A DNA stretch of 64,000 bases from assembly GCA_964518475.1 (NCBI GenBank), contig CAZFGR010000001.1:32001-96000 (forward strand). Reading direction: 5' to 3'. This stretch comes from an uncultured Nitrososphaerota archaeon. GTDB taxonomy: Archaea > Asgardarchaeota > Njordarchaeia > Njordarchaeales > Njordarchaeaceae. This document shows positions 1 through 10,149 of this stretch, piece by piece (position 1 is the stretch's first letter; each line of letters begins with the position of its first letter). Under the pieces are notes generated by a model that saw only the letters and a list, made by a program, of their open reading frames with translations, made no database searches and was not told the origin of the DNA. The position numbers and the translations under genes were made by a program.

Positions 1-441
1 TTCTTGGTGGCAAAAGATAAATGTATATTTGCTAATGCTGGTCACTTTGATGTTGAAATATGGAAACCGGATTTAGAGGAGATATCTGTTTCTAAGAAGA
101 AGACGAGATATTTCGGATTGCCCTGGGAAGATTATCTAGTTGAAGAATACACTCTGAAAAATGGGAAGAAGCTGTATTTATTGGCTAAGGGTCGATTAGT
201 GAACCTTGTCGCTGGTCAGGGACATGCAACAGAGATAATGGATCTAAGTTTCTCCCTCCAAGCACTTTCGATAGAGCATCTAGTAAAAAAGGCAGGCACT
301 CTAGAAAATAAAGTGTATAATGTTCCTAGAGAAATCGATGAAGAAGTTGCGAGACTCAAATTAAGGACTCTGGGGGTAGAAATAGATAGTTTAACAGAGG
401 AACAAAAAGAGTATTTAAAGAGTTTTGAGCTAGGAACTTAA
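1..441 (+). CDS. ahcY: Adenosylhomocysteinase, C-terminal part (gene starts before the window)
   Basis: Motifs [24 protein letters not shown] and [10 protein letters not shown] are typical of the SAH hydrolase C-terminus. Confidence 0.95.
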   Translation, partial: FLVAKDKCIFANAGHFDVEIWKPDLEEISVSKKKTRYFGLPWEDYLVEEYTLKNGKKLYLLAKGRLVNLVAGQGHATEIMDLSFSLQALSIEHLVKKAGTLENKVYNVPREIDEEVARLKLRTLGVEIDSLTEEQKEYLKSFELGT

Positions 442-445
442 GAGT

Positions 446-1597
446 TTATTCATGCGTATCCGTTAGTTCACCGGCTGCCCATGCTTTCTTAGCTTCTGGT
501 CCAATTTTTCTCCAGCGATCCTTTAATTTTTCTAACACTTTTGGTAACGTAGTGTACTCCATCTCCTCTGCTGATAACCTATGAGGCTCGAATGGTCCAT
601 GTCTACGGATATAGTCCGCGATTTCCATAGCTTTTCTTCTAGTATAATCAAATGCTGGATCGTCGAATAGATCAACAGGCCCTATTAAATGACCATCGCT
701 TAACTGGAATCCAAGAGCAACTATTCTTGGAGGACCATCAAATCTTGTACATTGGGAATATTTCAGAGGCACAGGCATTAGAGGACCATGGTGACTACCT
801 CGCATCCATCCTGCTACTAAGTGTGGGAAAGCAAAAGCTTCCAGAACCTCGCCGACTGCAGGTAATCCATGCTGGGCTCTCACGATGCACACAGGATCAT
901 CTTTACCAACATATTTTCCAGCGATAAGGTTTAGCCTCTCAGTACTGATCGCTGCAGCAATGCCTATTTCCGGATCTTTTGAATATACATACTTTATAAC
1001 GAATCTTCCCGGTTGACCGATAAGTGCAAGAATATCGTACATTTCTTCGGGTGAACTTAGTTCTATTAATTTTCCCTCATACACGTCCATTATATCGAAT
1101 TTGAAGCCCTCATGCATCTTAGGATCAATTACTAGTCCCGCCGTATTGAAGGGATCAGCAAAGATTCTGAATATGGGTAAATTGAAGGCTCCAGGCTCTG
1201 TTTTATCAGCTGCAAAAACTATTATAGGTTCACTACGTCTCTCTTCAAATTCCATTTCAGCAACTCCAGGACCCATTCCTCTGACGTTTCCGCTGAAAGC
1301 TTCGCTTAGAAGATCCTGTCCAGCACCATATAGTTTTAATTTCTTGGCTTCTTGAGCAGCTTTAACGAAGGTATTCCATGCTAATTCATGAATTTTCGGA
1401 TTATCTACGCCATGAGTATGTGTCATTAATAGTTGTAAGTCGTCGCCAGCATTGAAGACATAATAATCGATTATCAATCCATCATTCTTGGCCTTCTCCA
1501 GCTCCTCCTTAGCAATTTCAATTAGCCTAGGATGAACCTTAACATGCCCAGGCCATCCACCAACATCAGCCTTGATTAATGAAACCGTTACTTTCAA
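446..1597 (-). CDS. fbp: Bifunctional fructose-1,6-bisphosphate aldolase/phosphatase (class V)
   Basis: IKADVGG, GAGQDLL, DKTEPGAFN, DPFNTAGL, YVGKDDP and GWMRGSH motifs. Confidence 0.97.
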   Translation of the reverse strand: MKVTVSLIKADVGGWPGHVKVHPRLIEIAKEELEKAKNDGLIIDYYVFNAGDDLQLLMTHTHGVDNPKIHELAWNTFVKAAQEAKKLKLYGAGQDLLSEAFSGNVRGMGPGVAEMEFEERRSEPIIVFAADKTEPGAFNLPIFRIFADPFNTAGLVIDPKMHEGFKFDIMDVYEGKLIELSSPEEMYDILALIGQPGRFVIKYVYSKDPEIGIAAAISTERLNLIAGKYVGKDDPVCIVRAQHGLPAVGEVLEAFAFPHLVAGWMRGSHHGPLMPVPLKYSQCTRFDGPPRIVALGFQLSDGHLIGPVDLFDDPAFDYTRRKAMEIADYIRRHGPFEPHRLSAEEMEYTTLPKVLEKLKDRWRKIGPEAKKAWAAGELTDTHE

Positions 1598-1742
1598 CGC
1601 GATTCACCAGTATTAGTTTTAGTTTTTATACCCAAATGTAAAACGGAAAGGGATACTATATAAATTGTCTTTGTCTATTCTTCGAAATCAGGGAAAGTTA
1701 TAAAATAGTTGACAATATATTCCTTAAAGATACTTAGGAGAA

Positions 1743-2095
1743 AGGGGGAGACGGGGAAGCGGCTGTCGGGCGCTTAGGCGCCCGAGGAAGTTCCCCCCTC
1801 CCTTAAAGCGCCGCGGCGTAAGCCGCCGGGGGGAGACCCCCGGCTCCGGGAACAGAAACGAAACGTCCCTACGTCAATGAAGATGAGGCGGAGAAGGGAG
1901 CTGGCAACGGCTCCCGAGCTAACCCGCTGATGAGGCGTAGGGAAACGTTGAAACGGCCCGTCGGCGCGGGAGCAAGCGAAGGCCGTCACCAATGAGATGA
2001 GGTGGCGGCTTAGCGCTTAGTAGAATGCCGCGACCGGATTGCCGCCATTAGGCGGCTCTGGGATACAGAAGGGGGGCTATCCCCGTCACCCCCCT
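1743..2095 (+). ncRNA. rnpB: Archaeal RNase P RNA
   Basis: GC-rich island with P4 halves GAGGAAGTTCCCCCC and ACAGAAGGGGGGCTA, ACAGAAAC and TGAAAC conserved regions, complementary ends (GGGGGAGACGGGGA / TCCCCGTCACCCCC) and K-turn-like TGA motifs. Confidence 0.95.
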
Positions 2096-2125
2096 CTAAA
2101 TACTTCCCCGCACTGGTGCTAGTAG

Positions 2126-3187
2126 ATGGTCTCTGTTATTCTGAAAGTTCCAAGAGGTTTCGAAAAGATTGTTGCATCTCGTGTCTTGGAAATTTTTCCC
2201 GAAGCTAGTGTCATTCCTAGACCATATGGTTATGAGGGAATAGTCTTTGTTGATAGAGTAGAACCGGATTATGGAGCTAGAGTTATTCTCGAAAATATTC
2301 CTGAGGTGGAAAAGGCCTTACCAGTTCATGGGGAAAGCATCGCTGATCCAGACTCTATTGCTGAAACAGCTTTTGAATTAGCAAGGAAATATATTAATCC
2401 TGGAGAAAGTTTCGCCGTAAGAACGACTAGGAGAGGATCTCATGATTTCACAAGTATCGACATCAATGTGATAGTTGGTGCGAGAATAAAAGAGGGGTTA
2501 GGTAATCCTGTAAATTTGGAGGCGCCCGATAAAGTTGTTTGGGTTGAGATATTCAGAGATAGAGCCTATATCTCCATAACCAGAGAACAGGCTGTTAGAA
2601 AACCAAAAGGAGAGAATATTTTATTCCTCCTTTCAAAGATCTCTGTAATACAAATACCCTTTGTTAATGGTGATCCAGAAGGCGCTTATAGAATGGGTGT
2701 AAGAATAGGACGAGCAGCTCAAGCATTTGAGATTGGAGAACTAGTTATCGCTATTCATAGGCTTATCAATATCGAAGATTTTGAAGCATTTCTTAAAGGA
2801 GTATTAGAAGGTCGTGCATCCCGGTATGAGATACAAAGAAAAACATACGGTAGGAAAATTAGGCTCGTTCCCGTAAGAATCTACGAAATCTTCCAATTAG
2901 CTAGGGCTAGATATGGAGAATTATTCATTATAACAAGTGCTCGAGGAAAATGGTTAGATGAAGAAACCTGCAGAGAGTTAGGATCCATTCTCACTAAAGA
3001 AAAGAGAATAAACATATTTGCTGGCGCTAGAGAGGGGGTTCCAACAGGCCTTATGCGTTGGGCTAAGTATACAATTAATCTCTGCCCGGGGGTAACATTC
3101 GCCACAGAGCATACGATTCCAGCTGTGGTATCGACCCTAGTATTATGCTATAATAGTTTTAAGAAAAAGGAGGGAAATGAAAACTGA
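2126..3187 (+). CDS. THUMP-domain plus SPOUT RNA methyltransferase
   Basis: N-terminal THUMP (SFAVRTTRRG, VNLEAPD); C-terminal SPOUT knot (GAREGVPTG, INLCPGVTFATEH). Confidence 0.85.
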   Translation: MVSVILKVPRGFEKIVASRVLEIFPEASVIPRPYGYEGIVFVDRVEPDYGARVILENIPEVEKALPVHGESIADPDSIAETAFELARKYINPGESFAVRTTRRGSHDFTSIDINVIVGARIKEGLGNPVNLEAPDKVVWVEIFRDRAYISITREQAVRKPKGENILFLLSKISVIQIPFVNGDPEGAYRMGVRIGRAAQAFEIGELVIAIHRLINIEDFEAFLKGVLEGRASRYEIQRKTYGRKIRLVPVRIYEIFQLARARYGELFIITSARGKWLDEETCRELGSILTKEKRINIFAGAREGVPTGLMRWAKYTINLCPGVTFATEHTIPAVVSTLVLCYNSFKKKEGNEN

Positions 3188-3193
3188 GAAGTC

Positions 3194-3892
3194 CTAGCCC
3201 TTGAAAATCATTCTGAACATTATATGATCTCTAGCATACGGATCCAGTCTAATACCCTCTACTACCTCAAAACCACCCTCTTCAAGAATCTTTTTCTGTT
3301 CCTCAAAAATTTCTTCTGGAGGTCGAGTAACATCGATTGATCTTGCCTTTATAGCTATTAGGCCAGCTCCTCCCTTCCTAAGGAACATTTTTGCATTCTT
3401 AATGAAAATCTCTGCTTGAAACGGTTGTGCTAGGTCAGCGTAGAGCACATCTACACTCTCTCCAATATAGGCATACTCCTGGGGCAGCCTCGCATCCTTT
3501 AGTAACGGAATTATGTTCTTCCTAACTTCAGCAACCTTTACTAAATCTCTCAGAGGCCTCGGAGCGAATTCTACTCCATATATTATACCCCGCAGACCAA
3601 TAATGTCAGATATGTGGCTTGCAGTAGTCCCAGAAGCTATACCTAGGTACAATATCTTACTTCCTTCCTTTATAGGAACTTCTTTTAAGCCATTATGAAT
3701 AGCTGCTGCTAATTTGCTACGATAAGGACTCCATATTCTGTATTCCACACCTTGATAACGGACAAGTTTTTCATCATATACGGTATGCCCCGGAACAAGA
3801 TTCCTTGTAGCTAATGCCCGTCTTCCATCCTCAAACTCTACATAATATATGCCTGGAAAAACTTCCTCAACACCGACAACCTCAATAGGCAT
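3194..3892 (-). CDS. flpA: Fibrillarin-like rRNA/tRNA 2'-O-methyltransferase
   Basis: YRIWSPYRSKLAAAI, LYLGIASGTTASHISD and IKARSID motifs; adjacent to nop5. Confidence 0.97.
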   Translation of the reverse strand: MPIEVVGVEEVFPGIYYVEFEDGRRALATRNLVPGHTVYDEKLVRYQGVEYRIWSPYRSKLAAAIHNGLKEVPIKEGSKILYLGIASGTTASHISDIIGLRGIIYGVEFAPRPLRDLVKVAEVRKNIIPLLKDARLPQEYAYIGESVDVLYADLAQPFQAEIFIKNAKMFLRKGGAGLIAIKARSIDVTRPPEEIFEEQKKILEEGGFEVVEGIRLDPYARDHIMFRMIFKG

Positions 3893-3903
3893 AGTTCCTC
3901 ACC

Positions 3904-5130
3904 TTATTTCTTACCTCTTTTTCTCTTAGGTTTCTTTCTAGGTTTACCAGGCTTACCAGGAGGACCTCTCTTCTTAACAGTAGGAGGCTTCGGATACTTT
4001 TTCTTAATTTCTTCAATTCTTCTCTCAAGTTCCGCTAATAGTTCGTCACCGATGTATTCTCCACTAAAGTAATCTACTCTAGCCGCTATTGCCAGCTTAC
4101 CAGCTAATGCGCGTGCAATTTTTCCTCTCTGCCACCAAGGGGCTCTGAATATTCTCGGATCTTGGAAAATTATTCCATGCTTTGGTGGTGTGCCTCTTCC
4201 CTGAAGAGCCCTGAATAAAGCTTTCTCAGCACCAAGGATCTGTATGGTACTAGCAGGCATTTTCGCTAGCTCAGCCAATCCACCAGCTTTTCGAATAAGT
4301 TTCGCACCAATAACTGAACCAACAAGAGCCCTAATATTTGGCGCCGTCTCCTTCATCAGATTATCTAGGTATTGAAGAATCCTAGCTTTCTGATCATAGA
4401 GATCAAGAGCTCTTCGAGCTACCTCTTGCATCATTCTTATATCTTCCTCGGTCACTCTGATACCTACTCTCTCTTCCTTTGCTTTAAGGATTTCACGAAT
4501 CAGTTTTTCACTCTTCACTATTTTACGCAGATTCTCCTCTGTGAAATTCTCTACGGAGCCGAGCTCAGCAATGAGTCTAAGATATAGAGGATGATCTTCC
4601 ACTACTTTCCCAAGTTCTGGCCAATAATATCCATACCACTCTCGAACATGTGAGACTAGAGTATTGATCATCTTTGTCAAGTCTTCAGATATTGTGACCG
4701 CCCTTATTATCATTAAATCTCTACGCTCTCCTGCTTCCTGCAGTTTCTCTTTTGCTAACTCTATACTGACCTTATTGACGAATTCTACATACTTCTCATA
4801 TCCGCCGAACAGTTCCTCCAAGTATTCTCGAATCTTATCCCTTATTTTTAAGATCTCGTCGCCTTCCATCACCATCTGTACTGGAATATCTGGGTACTCG
4901 CTTTTTATTATATCTACCAGGAACTCATTATCCGTTTTCAACGACACTTTGCCTATTTTTTCGATCACATCTTTTAATTCATCAATCGTTTGTCGCTTTT
5001 CAAGAGACAGGATCGCTTTAAAAGCCCTTTCTACATCTGGCTTATCATCACCGAATGGTCTAAATATTATGTCTTTTAGACCTTCAGAAATCGCAAATAT
5101 ACCAGGATACGTCACTAGTAACCACATCAT
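3904..5130 (-). CDS. nop5: Box C/D RNP protein Nop5 (Nop56/58)
   Basis: REWYG..WPEL, PASTIQILGAEKALF, PPKHGIIFQ and RGKIARALAGKLAIAARVD motifs; basic tail. Confidence 0.97.
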   Translation of the reverse strand: MMWLLVTYPGIFAISEGLKDIIFRPFGDDKPDVERAFKAILSLEKRQTIDELKDVIEKIGKVSLKTDNEFLVDIIKSEYPDIPVQMVMEGDEILKIRDKIREYLEELFGGYEKYVEFVNKVSIELAKEKLQEAGERRDLMIIRAVTISEDLTKMINTLVSHVREWYGYYWPELGKVVEDHPLYLRLIAELGSVENFTEENLRKIVKSEKLIREILKAKEERVGIRVTEEDIRMMQEVARRALDLYDQKARILQYLDNLMKETAPNIRALVGSVIGAKLIRKAGGLAELAKMPASTIQILGAEKALFRALQGRGTPPKHGIIFQDPRIFRAPWWQRGKIARALAGKLAIAARVDYFSGEYIGDELLAELERRIEEIKKKYPKPPTVKKRGPPGKPGKPRKKPKRKRGKK

Positions 5131-5141
5131 TGTTCACCATT

Positions 5142-5178
5142 AATACTCAGATCCTTATCTGAGTATTTGCCATACTCA
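5142..5178. repeat. Overlapping inverted repeats upstream of nop5
   Basis: AATACTCAGAT-cctt-ATCTGAGTATT (5142-5167); TGAGTAT (5160-5166) can alternatively pair with a second ATACTCA (5172-5178). Confidence 0.7.
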
Positions 5179-5263
5179 ATTATCATAGAGAGATAACCAG
5201 CAATATAAATAATGATTAGCAAACGAATGTTTTTTAAGCACATCTATCTGGGTCGAGATTACC

Positions 5264-5839
5264 ATGTTCGAAGTAGAAATGAAAGCACGAGTCACTAATC
5301 TCCACGCATTACACGAATTCCTTTCCTCAAATAATTTTGAAAAGAAGACCTATGAAACAATAGATTATTATTTTAAACATCCCTGCCGCGATTTTATTCC
5401 TAGAGACGAAGAACTCCGGGTAAGAATAGAGAAAGAGAATAATATCCCACGCATACTAGTTACTTATAAAGGCTCCTCATTAAGCAAAGATCGAAGTGCG
5501 AGGGAGGAGATAGAGATTCCCGTAACTAGTATAGGAATTATCAAACTCCTAATGGGACTCGGTTTTGAAATAGATCTGGTAAAAAGGAAAAAAGGTTTCA
5601 TTTTTTCAAAGAAAGACTTGAAAATCTCTGTATGTGAGGTTAGTGGGATTTTGCAAAGAAAACTGATTAATTTGGGACACTTCGTTGAGGTTGAAAAATT
5701 GGTGAAGAGAAAGGAAGATATTAATCATGCTAGAGAGGAAATCCTTAATATATTAAGGAGCCTTCCTGGAGTAGGAGGCATAGAGACCAAGTATTATACT
5801 GAATTGGTTAAGGAACTTGCTGAGAAGACTCATATTTGA
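5264..5839 (+). CDS. cyaB: CYTH-domain protein (class IV adenylate cyclase / triphosphate tunnel metalloenzyme)
   Basis: N-terminal EVEMK, DYYF..P.RDF, LRVR, TYKG, REEIE, FVEVE and terminal YTEL motifs. Confidence 0.85.
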   Translation: MFEVEMKARVTNLHALHEFLSSNNFEKKTYETIDYYFKHPCRDFIPRDEELRVRIEKENNIPRILVTYKGSSLSKDRSAREEIEIPVTSIGIIKLLMGLGFEIDLVKRKKGFIFSKKDLKISVCEVSGILQRKLINLGHFVEVEKLVKRKEDINHAREEILNILRSLPGVGGIETKYYTELVKELAEKTHI

Positions 5840-6303
5840 ATTCTTGCCGCCAATTTTTCAGCCCATCCCCTAATAATCGATCTAGCCTCGGTCAAAGCCT
5901 CCATTATTTTCCCTATAAACTCTATTAAAAATACCCTCATTGATTCATGCACTCTCTTCGACGCCACATCTGTAGCTTTTATGAGAAGAGAAATATCATA
6001 TCCCTCCTCTGGTTTGTCTAATATCAGCGGAAATCTTCTAGTAATAGCCTTCGCGACCTCCCTTATCAGTAGGCGATCTAATTCATCTCGGGCCGGTATC
6101 TTAACTGATAATATAGCTGAATTAACTGTTTTCTTTAAAAGAATCTCAGGCGGACCCGGGAATTTATATTCCCTATAACCAGCTCTCTCGCACTCTAAAC
6201 ACAGGACACAAGGATAATCGTAACCCTTCTTATCACAATTAAGTACCCTTAAATCTTTAAGAACATCCAGTAATTCATCTATCGAACGGAAAGTTGCCGC
6301 CAA
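5830..6303 (-). CDS. ARPC4-like protein (Arp2/3 complex subunit 4 homolog)
   Basis: TVNSAILSVKIPARDELDRLL...KPEEGYDISLLI matches remembered eukaryotic ARPC4 [21 protein letters not shown]...KPVEGYDISFLI; similar length. Confidence 0.8.
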   Translation of the reverse strand: MAATFRSIDELLDVLKDLRVLNCDKKGYDYPCVLCLECERAGYREYKFPGPPEILLKKTVNSAILSVKIPARDELDRLLIREVAKAITRRFPLILDKPEEGYDISLLIKATDVASKRVHESMRVFLIEFIGKIMEALTEARSIIRGWAEKLAARIQI

Positions 6304-6455
6304 GTGCCTCTCCCTTAAAGGTTTAGTAACTGTTTACTTCTCTAAGACATTTTTCTTAAACGTTTACCGAAATAAAATAAGGTTTCGACAACAATTCTTT
6401 AGCCGAATTATTCTTAAAAAGTTATCCATAATTATGTTGAAGCGGGATATTTGAC

Positions 6456-7553
6456 GTGATTCCTATGAGTGAAGTAAAAATTATAGATGGGTCAATGGGA
6501 GAAGGAGGAGGACAGATCTTTAGAACCGCTATTGCTTACGCAGCAGTTACTCGTTGCCCAGTAAAGATAATCAACATAAGAGCTAAAAGATCCAACCCAG
6601 GTCTACGCCCGCAACACCTTTCTGCATTAAGAGCCTTGGCAAAAATTACTCATGCAGAAGTCCGAGGAGATTATGTAGGGTCTACACAAGTATTTTTTAA
6701 TCCTAAAAAGATAGAAGGCGGAGAATTCGTTATTGATCCAGGCACTGCTGGAAGCATTACGTTAATTATTCAAGCAATTTTGCCCGCTCTAATATTTGCT
6801 GAAAAGAAAAGTATTGTGACAATAAAAGGCGGTACAGATGTACCATGGTCACCTCCTATAGATGCTGTTAGATACGTTCTCTTACCAGGTCTCAAAGATA
6901 TGGGTGTAGAGGCTAAACTAGAGCTTATAAGAAGAGGGCACTATCCAAGGGGAGGAGGATTAGTAAAGTTATATGTTGAGCCAATTACAGAACCATTAAA
7001 GCCTAAAATACTCAAGGAGCAGGGAATTATTGAGAGAATTAGAGGAATCTCGCATTGTGTAAGATTACCTAAGCACGTAGCTGAAAGACAAGCAAGATCA
7101 GCTACTGAAAAGTTAGAGAGCGCTGGATTTAAGAATATAGATATTGAACTAGAGTGGTATCCTCCCGATAAAGATCCTCACCTTGGTCCTGGATCTGGTA
7201 TAGTCTTGTGGGTCGAAACAAGTTCTAATGCTTTATTAGAATATGATAGCCTAGGAGCTAGAGGAAAACGTGCAGAGGTGGTAGGACAGGAAGCCGCGGA
7301 GGGTTTAATCAAACAAATAAGAAATTGTGGAGCAGTAGATGTCCACCATACTGACCAGCTAGTACCCTTCATGGCTCTAGCCAAAGGAGTCTCTGAAATA
7401 TACTCTTCAGAAATTTCCCTACACACATTGACAGCGATCCAAGTAGCACAAATGATAATAGGTGCTAAGTTTGAAGTAAAAGGCTCTCAAGGATCTCCTG
7501 GACTCATTAGAGCTGAAGGTATCGGACTAGAACCACATTGGCTCACATTCTAA
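6456..7553 (+). CDS. rtcA: RNA 3'-terminal phosphate cyclase
   Basis: DGSMGEGGGQ, PGLRPQHL, GGTDVPWSP, RRGHYPRGGG, DQL and HTLT motifs. Confidence 0.96.
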   Translation: MIPMSEVKIIDGSMGEGGGQIFRTAIAYAAVTRCPVKIINIRAKRSNPGLRPQHLSALRALAKITHAEVRGDYVGSTQVFFNPKKIEGGEFVIDPGTAGSITLIIQAILPALIFAEKKSIVTIKGGTDVPWSPPIDAVRYVLLPGLKDMGVEAKLELIRRGHYPRGGGLVKLYVEPITEPLKPKILKEQGIIERIRGISHCVRLPKHVAERQARSATEKLESAGFKNIDIELEWYPPDKDPHLGPGSGIVLWVETSSNALLEYDSLGARGKRAEVVGQEAAEGLIKQIRNCGAVDVHHTDQLVPFMALAKGVSEIYSSEISLHTLTAIQVAQMIIGAKFEVKGSQGSPGLIRAEGIGLEPHWLTF

Positions 7554-7673
7554 AAGAGACAAAAAATGTATCTTATTGTCCTTCTTTAACCATATACTTG
7601 TATTTTTTATGCTAAATAATGTTAATGAATATTTGCTCTATGGTTGGATGATCTTTCTTTCCTAGGTGTTATT

Positions 7674-9008
7674 ATGAAAGCTCCCAAGATTATTGTTCCC
7701 CCTCCCGGTCCTAAAGCTAGAGAAATTATTGAGAAGGGGGAAAAATACTTAGTCACCACTACTAGAGAACCCTATTTAGTAATTGCTAGGATGGAAAATG
7801 ATCTAATTGAGGATGTTGACGGAAATGTCTATATCGATTTCGCAGCTGGTATCGCTGTAGCTAACGCTGGTCACAGAAATAAAGCGGTAGTAGAGGCTAT
7901 TAAGGCTCAGTTAGAGAAATACATCCACTCAGCCCCTCATGATTTTTATGATGATCTCCAGTACAAGGTTGCAGAGAAATTAGCAGAAATAACTCCTGGA
8001 AATTTTGATAAGAAGGTATTCTTTGGTAACAGTGGAACAGAGGCTGTTGAGGCTGCGATAAAAATCGCTAAAGTAGCCACGGGAAGAAAAAGATTTATAG
8101 CATTTATTGGGGCCTTCCACGGAAGAACACATGGTAGCTTATCACTTACCGCTAGTAAACCGGTTCACCAAAGAGGACTATTCCCAACAATGCCCGGAGT
8201 CGAACACGTTCCCTACGCCTATTGTTACCGATGCCCATATAGGTTAAACCCCGACGACTGTGACCTCTGGTGTGCCAAGTTTATAGATGAAGTGCTCTTC
8301 CAGACATATGTACCGCCTGACGAAGTTGCGGCTATTTTTGTGGAGCCTATTCAGGGAGAAGGCGGATATATTGTTCCACGCGATGGTTTTATCCAGGAAT
8401 TAAGAAAAATCGCGGACAAGTATGGAATCTTATTAGTTGCGGACGAAGTTCAATCCGGTTTTGGCCGCTCTGGTAAAATGTTCGCCGTAGAGCACTTTAA
8501 TACAATACCCGATATCATCACAACAGCTAAATCTATAGCGAATGGCGTACCCCTCGGAGCCACTATCATTAGAGCAGATCTTGATTTCAAAGAACCAGGC
8601 ACTCATAGCTCAACGTTCGGCGGTAATGCTCTCGCGCTAGCAGCAGCTTTAGCCAACATCGATTTCATAATAAAGGAGAAATTACCAGAAAGAGCTGCTA
8701 GATTAGGAGAGATTGCTCTTAAGAGGCTAAAGGAGGCCATGGATGAAATCGAGATCATAGGAGATGTGCGTGGAAAAGGCTTAATGATAGGTGTGGAGAT
8801 TGTCAAGAAGAAAGAAACTAAAGAACCCTATCCTGAGGGTCGTAACAAGATAGCAGAAATAGCCCTAAGAAAAGGTCTAGTCCTATTACCTGCGGGTAGA
8901 ACCGCTATAAGAGTAGCACCACCACTCACAATCACCGAAGAACACTTAGAAACAGGCCTAGAAATCCTTATAGAATCAATAAAAGAAGTATCAAAAGAAA
9001 CCTCCTAA
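7674..9008 (+). CDS. Class III PLP-dependent aminotransferase (ornithine/4-aminobutyrate type)
   Basis: NSGTEAVEAA, FHGRT, EPIQGEGG, DEVQSGFGRSG, AKS and TFGGN motifs; ATG at 7674 preferred over TTG at 7644. Confidence 0.9.
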   Translation: MKAPKIIVPPPGPKAREIIEKGEKYLVTTTREPYLVIARMENDLIEDVDGNVYIDFAAGIAVANAGHRNKAVVEAIKAQLEKYIHSAPHDFYDDLQYKVAEKLAEITPGNFDKKVFFGNSGTEAVEAAIKIAKVATGRKRFIAFIGAFHGRTHGSLSLTASKPVHQRGLFPTMPGVEHVPYAYCYRCPYRLNPDDCDLWCAKFIDEVLFQTYVPPDEVAAIFVEPIQGEGGYIVPRDGFIQELRKIADKYGILLVADEVQSGFGRSGKMFAVEHFNTIPDIITTAKSIANGVPLGATIIRADLDFKEPGTHSSTFGGNALALAAALANIDFIIKEKLPERAARLGEIALKRLKEAMDEIEIIGDVRGKGLMIGVEIVKKKETKEPYPEGRNKIAEIALRKGLVLLPAGRTAIRVAPPLTITEEHLETGLEILIESIKEVSKETS

Positions 9009-9138
9009 ACACCTTTTTCTTTAACTATTTTATGTCTTCCTCTTTATGTCTTCCTCCACCCTAAGTTTTCTCAGCACTGAGATTAGGAGAAATAAATATT
9101 AAGAATTGAAACATTATGAGATAACTAGTATCTGCTCT

Positions 9139-9897
9139 TCATGCGGTATATTTAAGAATTTGAAGGAGCATTAATGATATATTCCTCTCTCTCGCCAAGC
9201 TATCTAATTTCTCATTAGAAACCTGCTTGATATCCTTCTCTAGCTTATCTATTAATTCTTTCTGAGAAGCATATTCGACTAGCTTTTTATGCAATTCCTT
9301 GAACCCCACTCCTAATTCATAGAATATTGTAATCGTAATTAGGCTTAGAACTATTTGCATGCCGAGCAATAATCCAAGGATAGAGTTAGATACAACGAGA
9401 CTAATAATGTTTAGGACTAATTCTACTGCTACGAGAATTACTAAGAGATTCCCAGCCAGAATAATTCTATCAATTTTGTTTTCCAAACCGAGTTTCCTTA
9501 AGCCAAATCCAATAAAAATGAAGCCTGAGCCGATTAACACACTAATAACAGTTCCTGAATAATTTATTATGGATTCCGTAACATAAGGGATTCCCATTCC
9601 TAGACTAGAGTAGCCGACATAAGCGATTAGGACGATAGATGCTAGAATACCAGTCCCAATTAGCTTAAAGCCATCGCTGATCTCTCCAATTTTAGCAATC
9701 TTGTTAATAAAGTAGAGCCCGTTGAAAAAAGCAATATAGTACATAACCAGTAGAATTAGTCCCGTTCCAGTAGCTAATCGATAAATGCCGGGTAGAGGCA
9801 GAAAAATCAAGACTATAAAGCCCAGTATAGCTAATTTAACTAAAGCATCACCAAACTTAAATATCTTCTCCAGAATTGAATCAATCGTTTCCTTCAT
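9139..9897 (-). CDS. Hypothetical multi-pass membrane protein
   Basis: About 6 hydrophobic segments followed by a charged C-terminal tail. Confidence 0.7.
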   Translation of the reverse strand: MKETIDSILEKIFKFGDALVKLAILGFIVLIFLPLPGIYRLATGTGLILLVMYYIAFFNGLYFINKIAKIGEISDGFKLIGTGILASIVLIAYVGYSSLGMGIPYVTESIINYSGTVISVLIGSGFIFIGFGLRKLGLENKIDRIILAGNLLVILVAVELVLNIISLVVSNSILGLLLGMQIVLSLITITIFYELGVGFKELHKKLVEYASQKELIDKLEKDIKQVSNEKLDSLARERNISLMLLQILKYTA

Positions 9898-10149
9898 TGA
9901 AACACCTTAGAAACTATAATTGTTAATTGGTTAAAAAAGAACAAACTTCATAGTACTATCAAAAAAAAACGTATAAAAATAATACATACGATTAATTCGG
10001 TTTTAAGATAATAGTGTTAAATATTGTATTAGAGGTCTAGCTAATGTTTCGTAACAATATTTTACAGAAGCAATTTCTAAGAGCTTTACATGAAAATACA
10101 GAAACAAATTAATGAGAAACAAAAGGTATGTGAAAATTTATCAGAGAGT

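Noticed and set aside
1774-1992. 72-aa ORF in the GC-rich island
   Set aside because: It is antisense to the RNase P RNA and spurious
9029-9056. 14-nt tandem duplication TTTATGTCTTCCTC x2
   Set aside because: Only two copies, in a pyrimidine-rich terminator region between convergent genes; not CRISPR-like
9139-9260. C-terminus of the membrane protein (IKQ…LDSLA) as a DDRGK1/UFBP1-like winged helix
   Set aside because: Only a few matching residues, no DDRGK motif, and the ORF ends before a full WH domain
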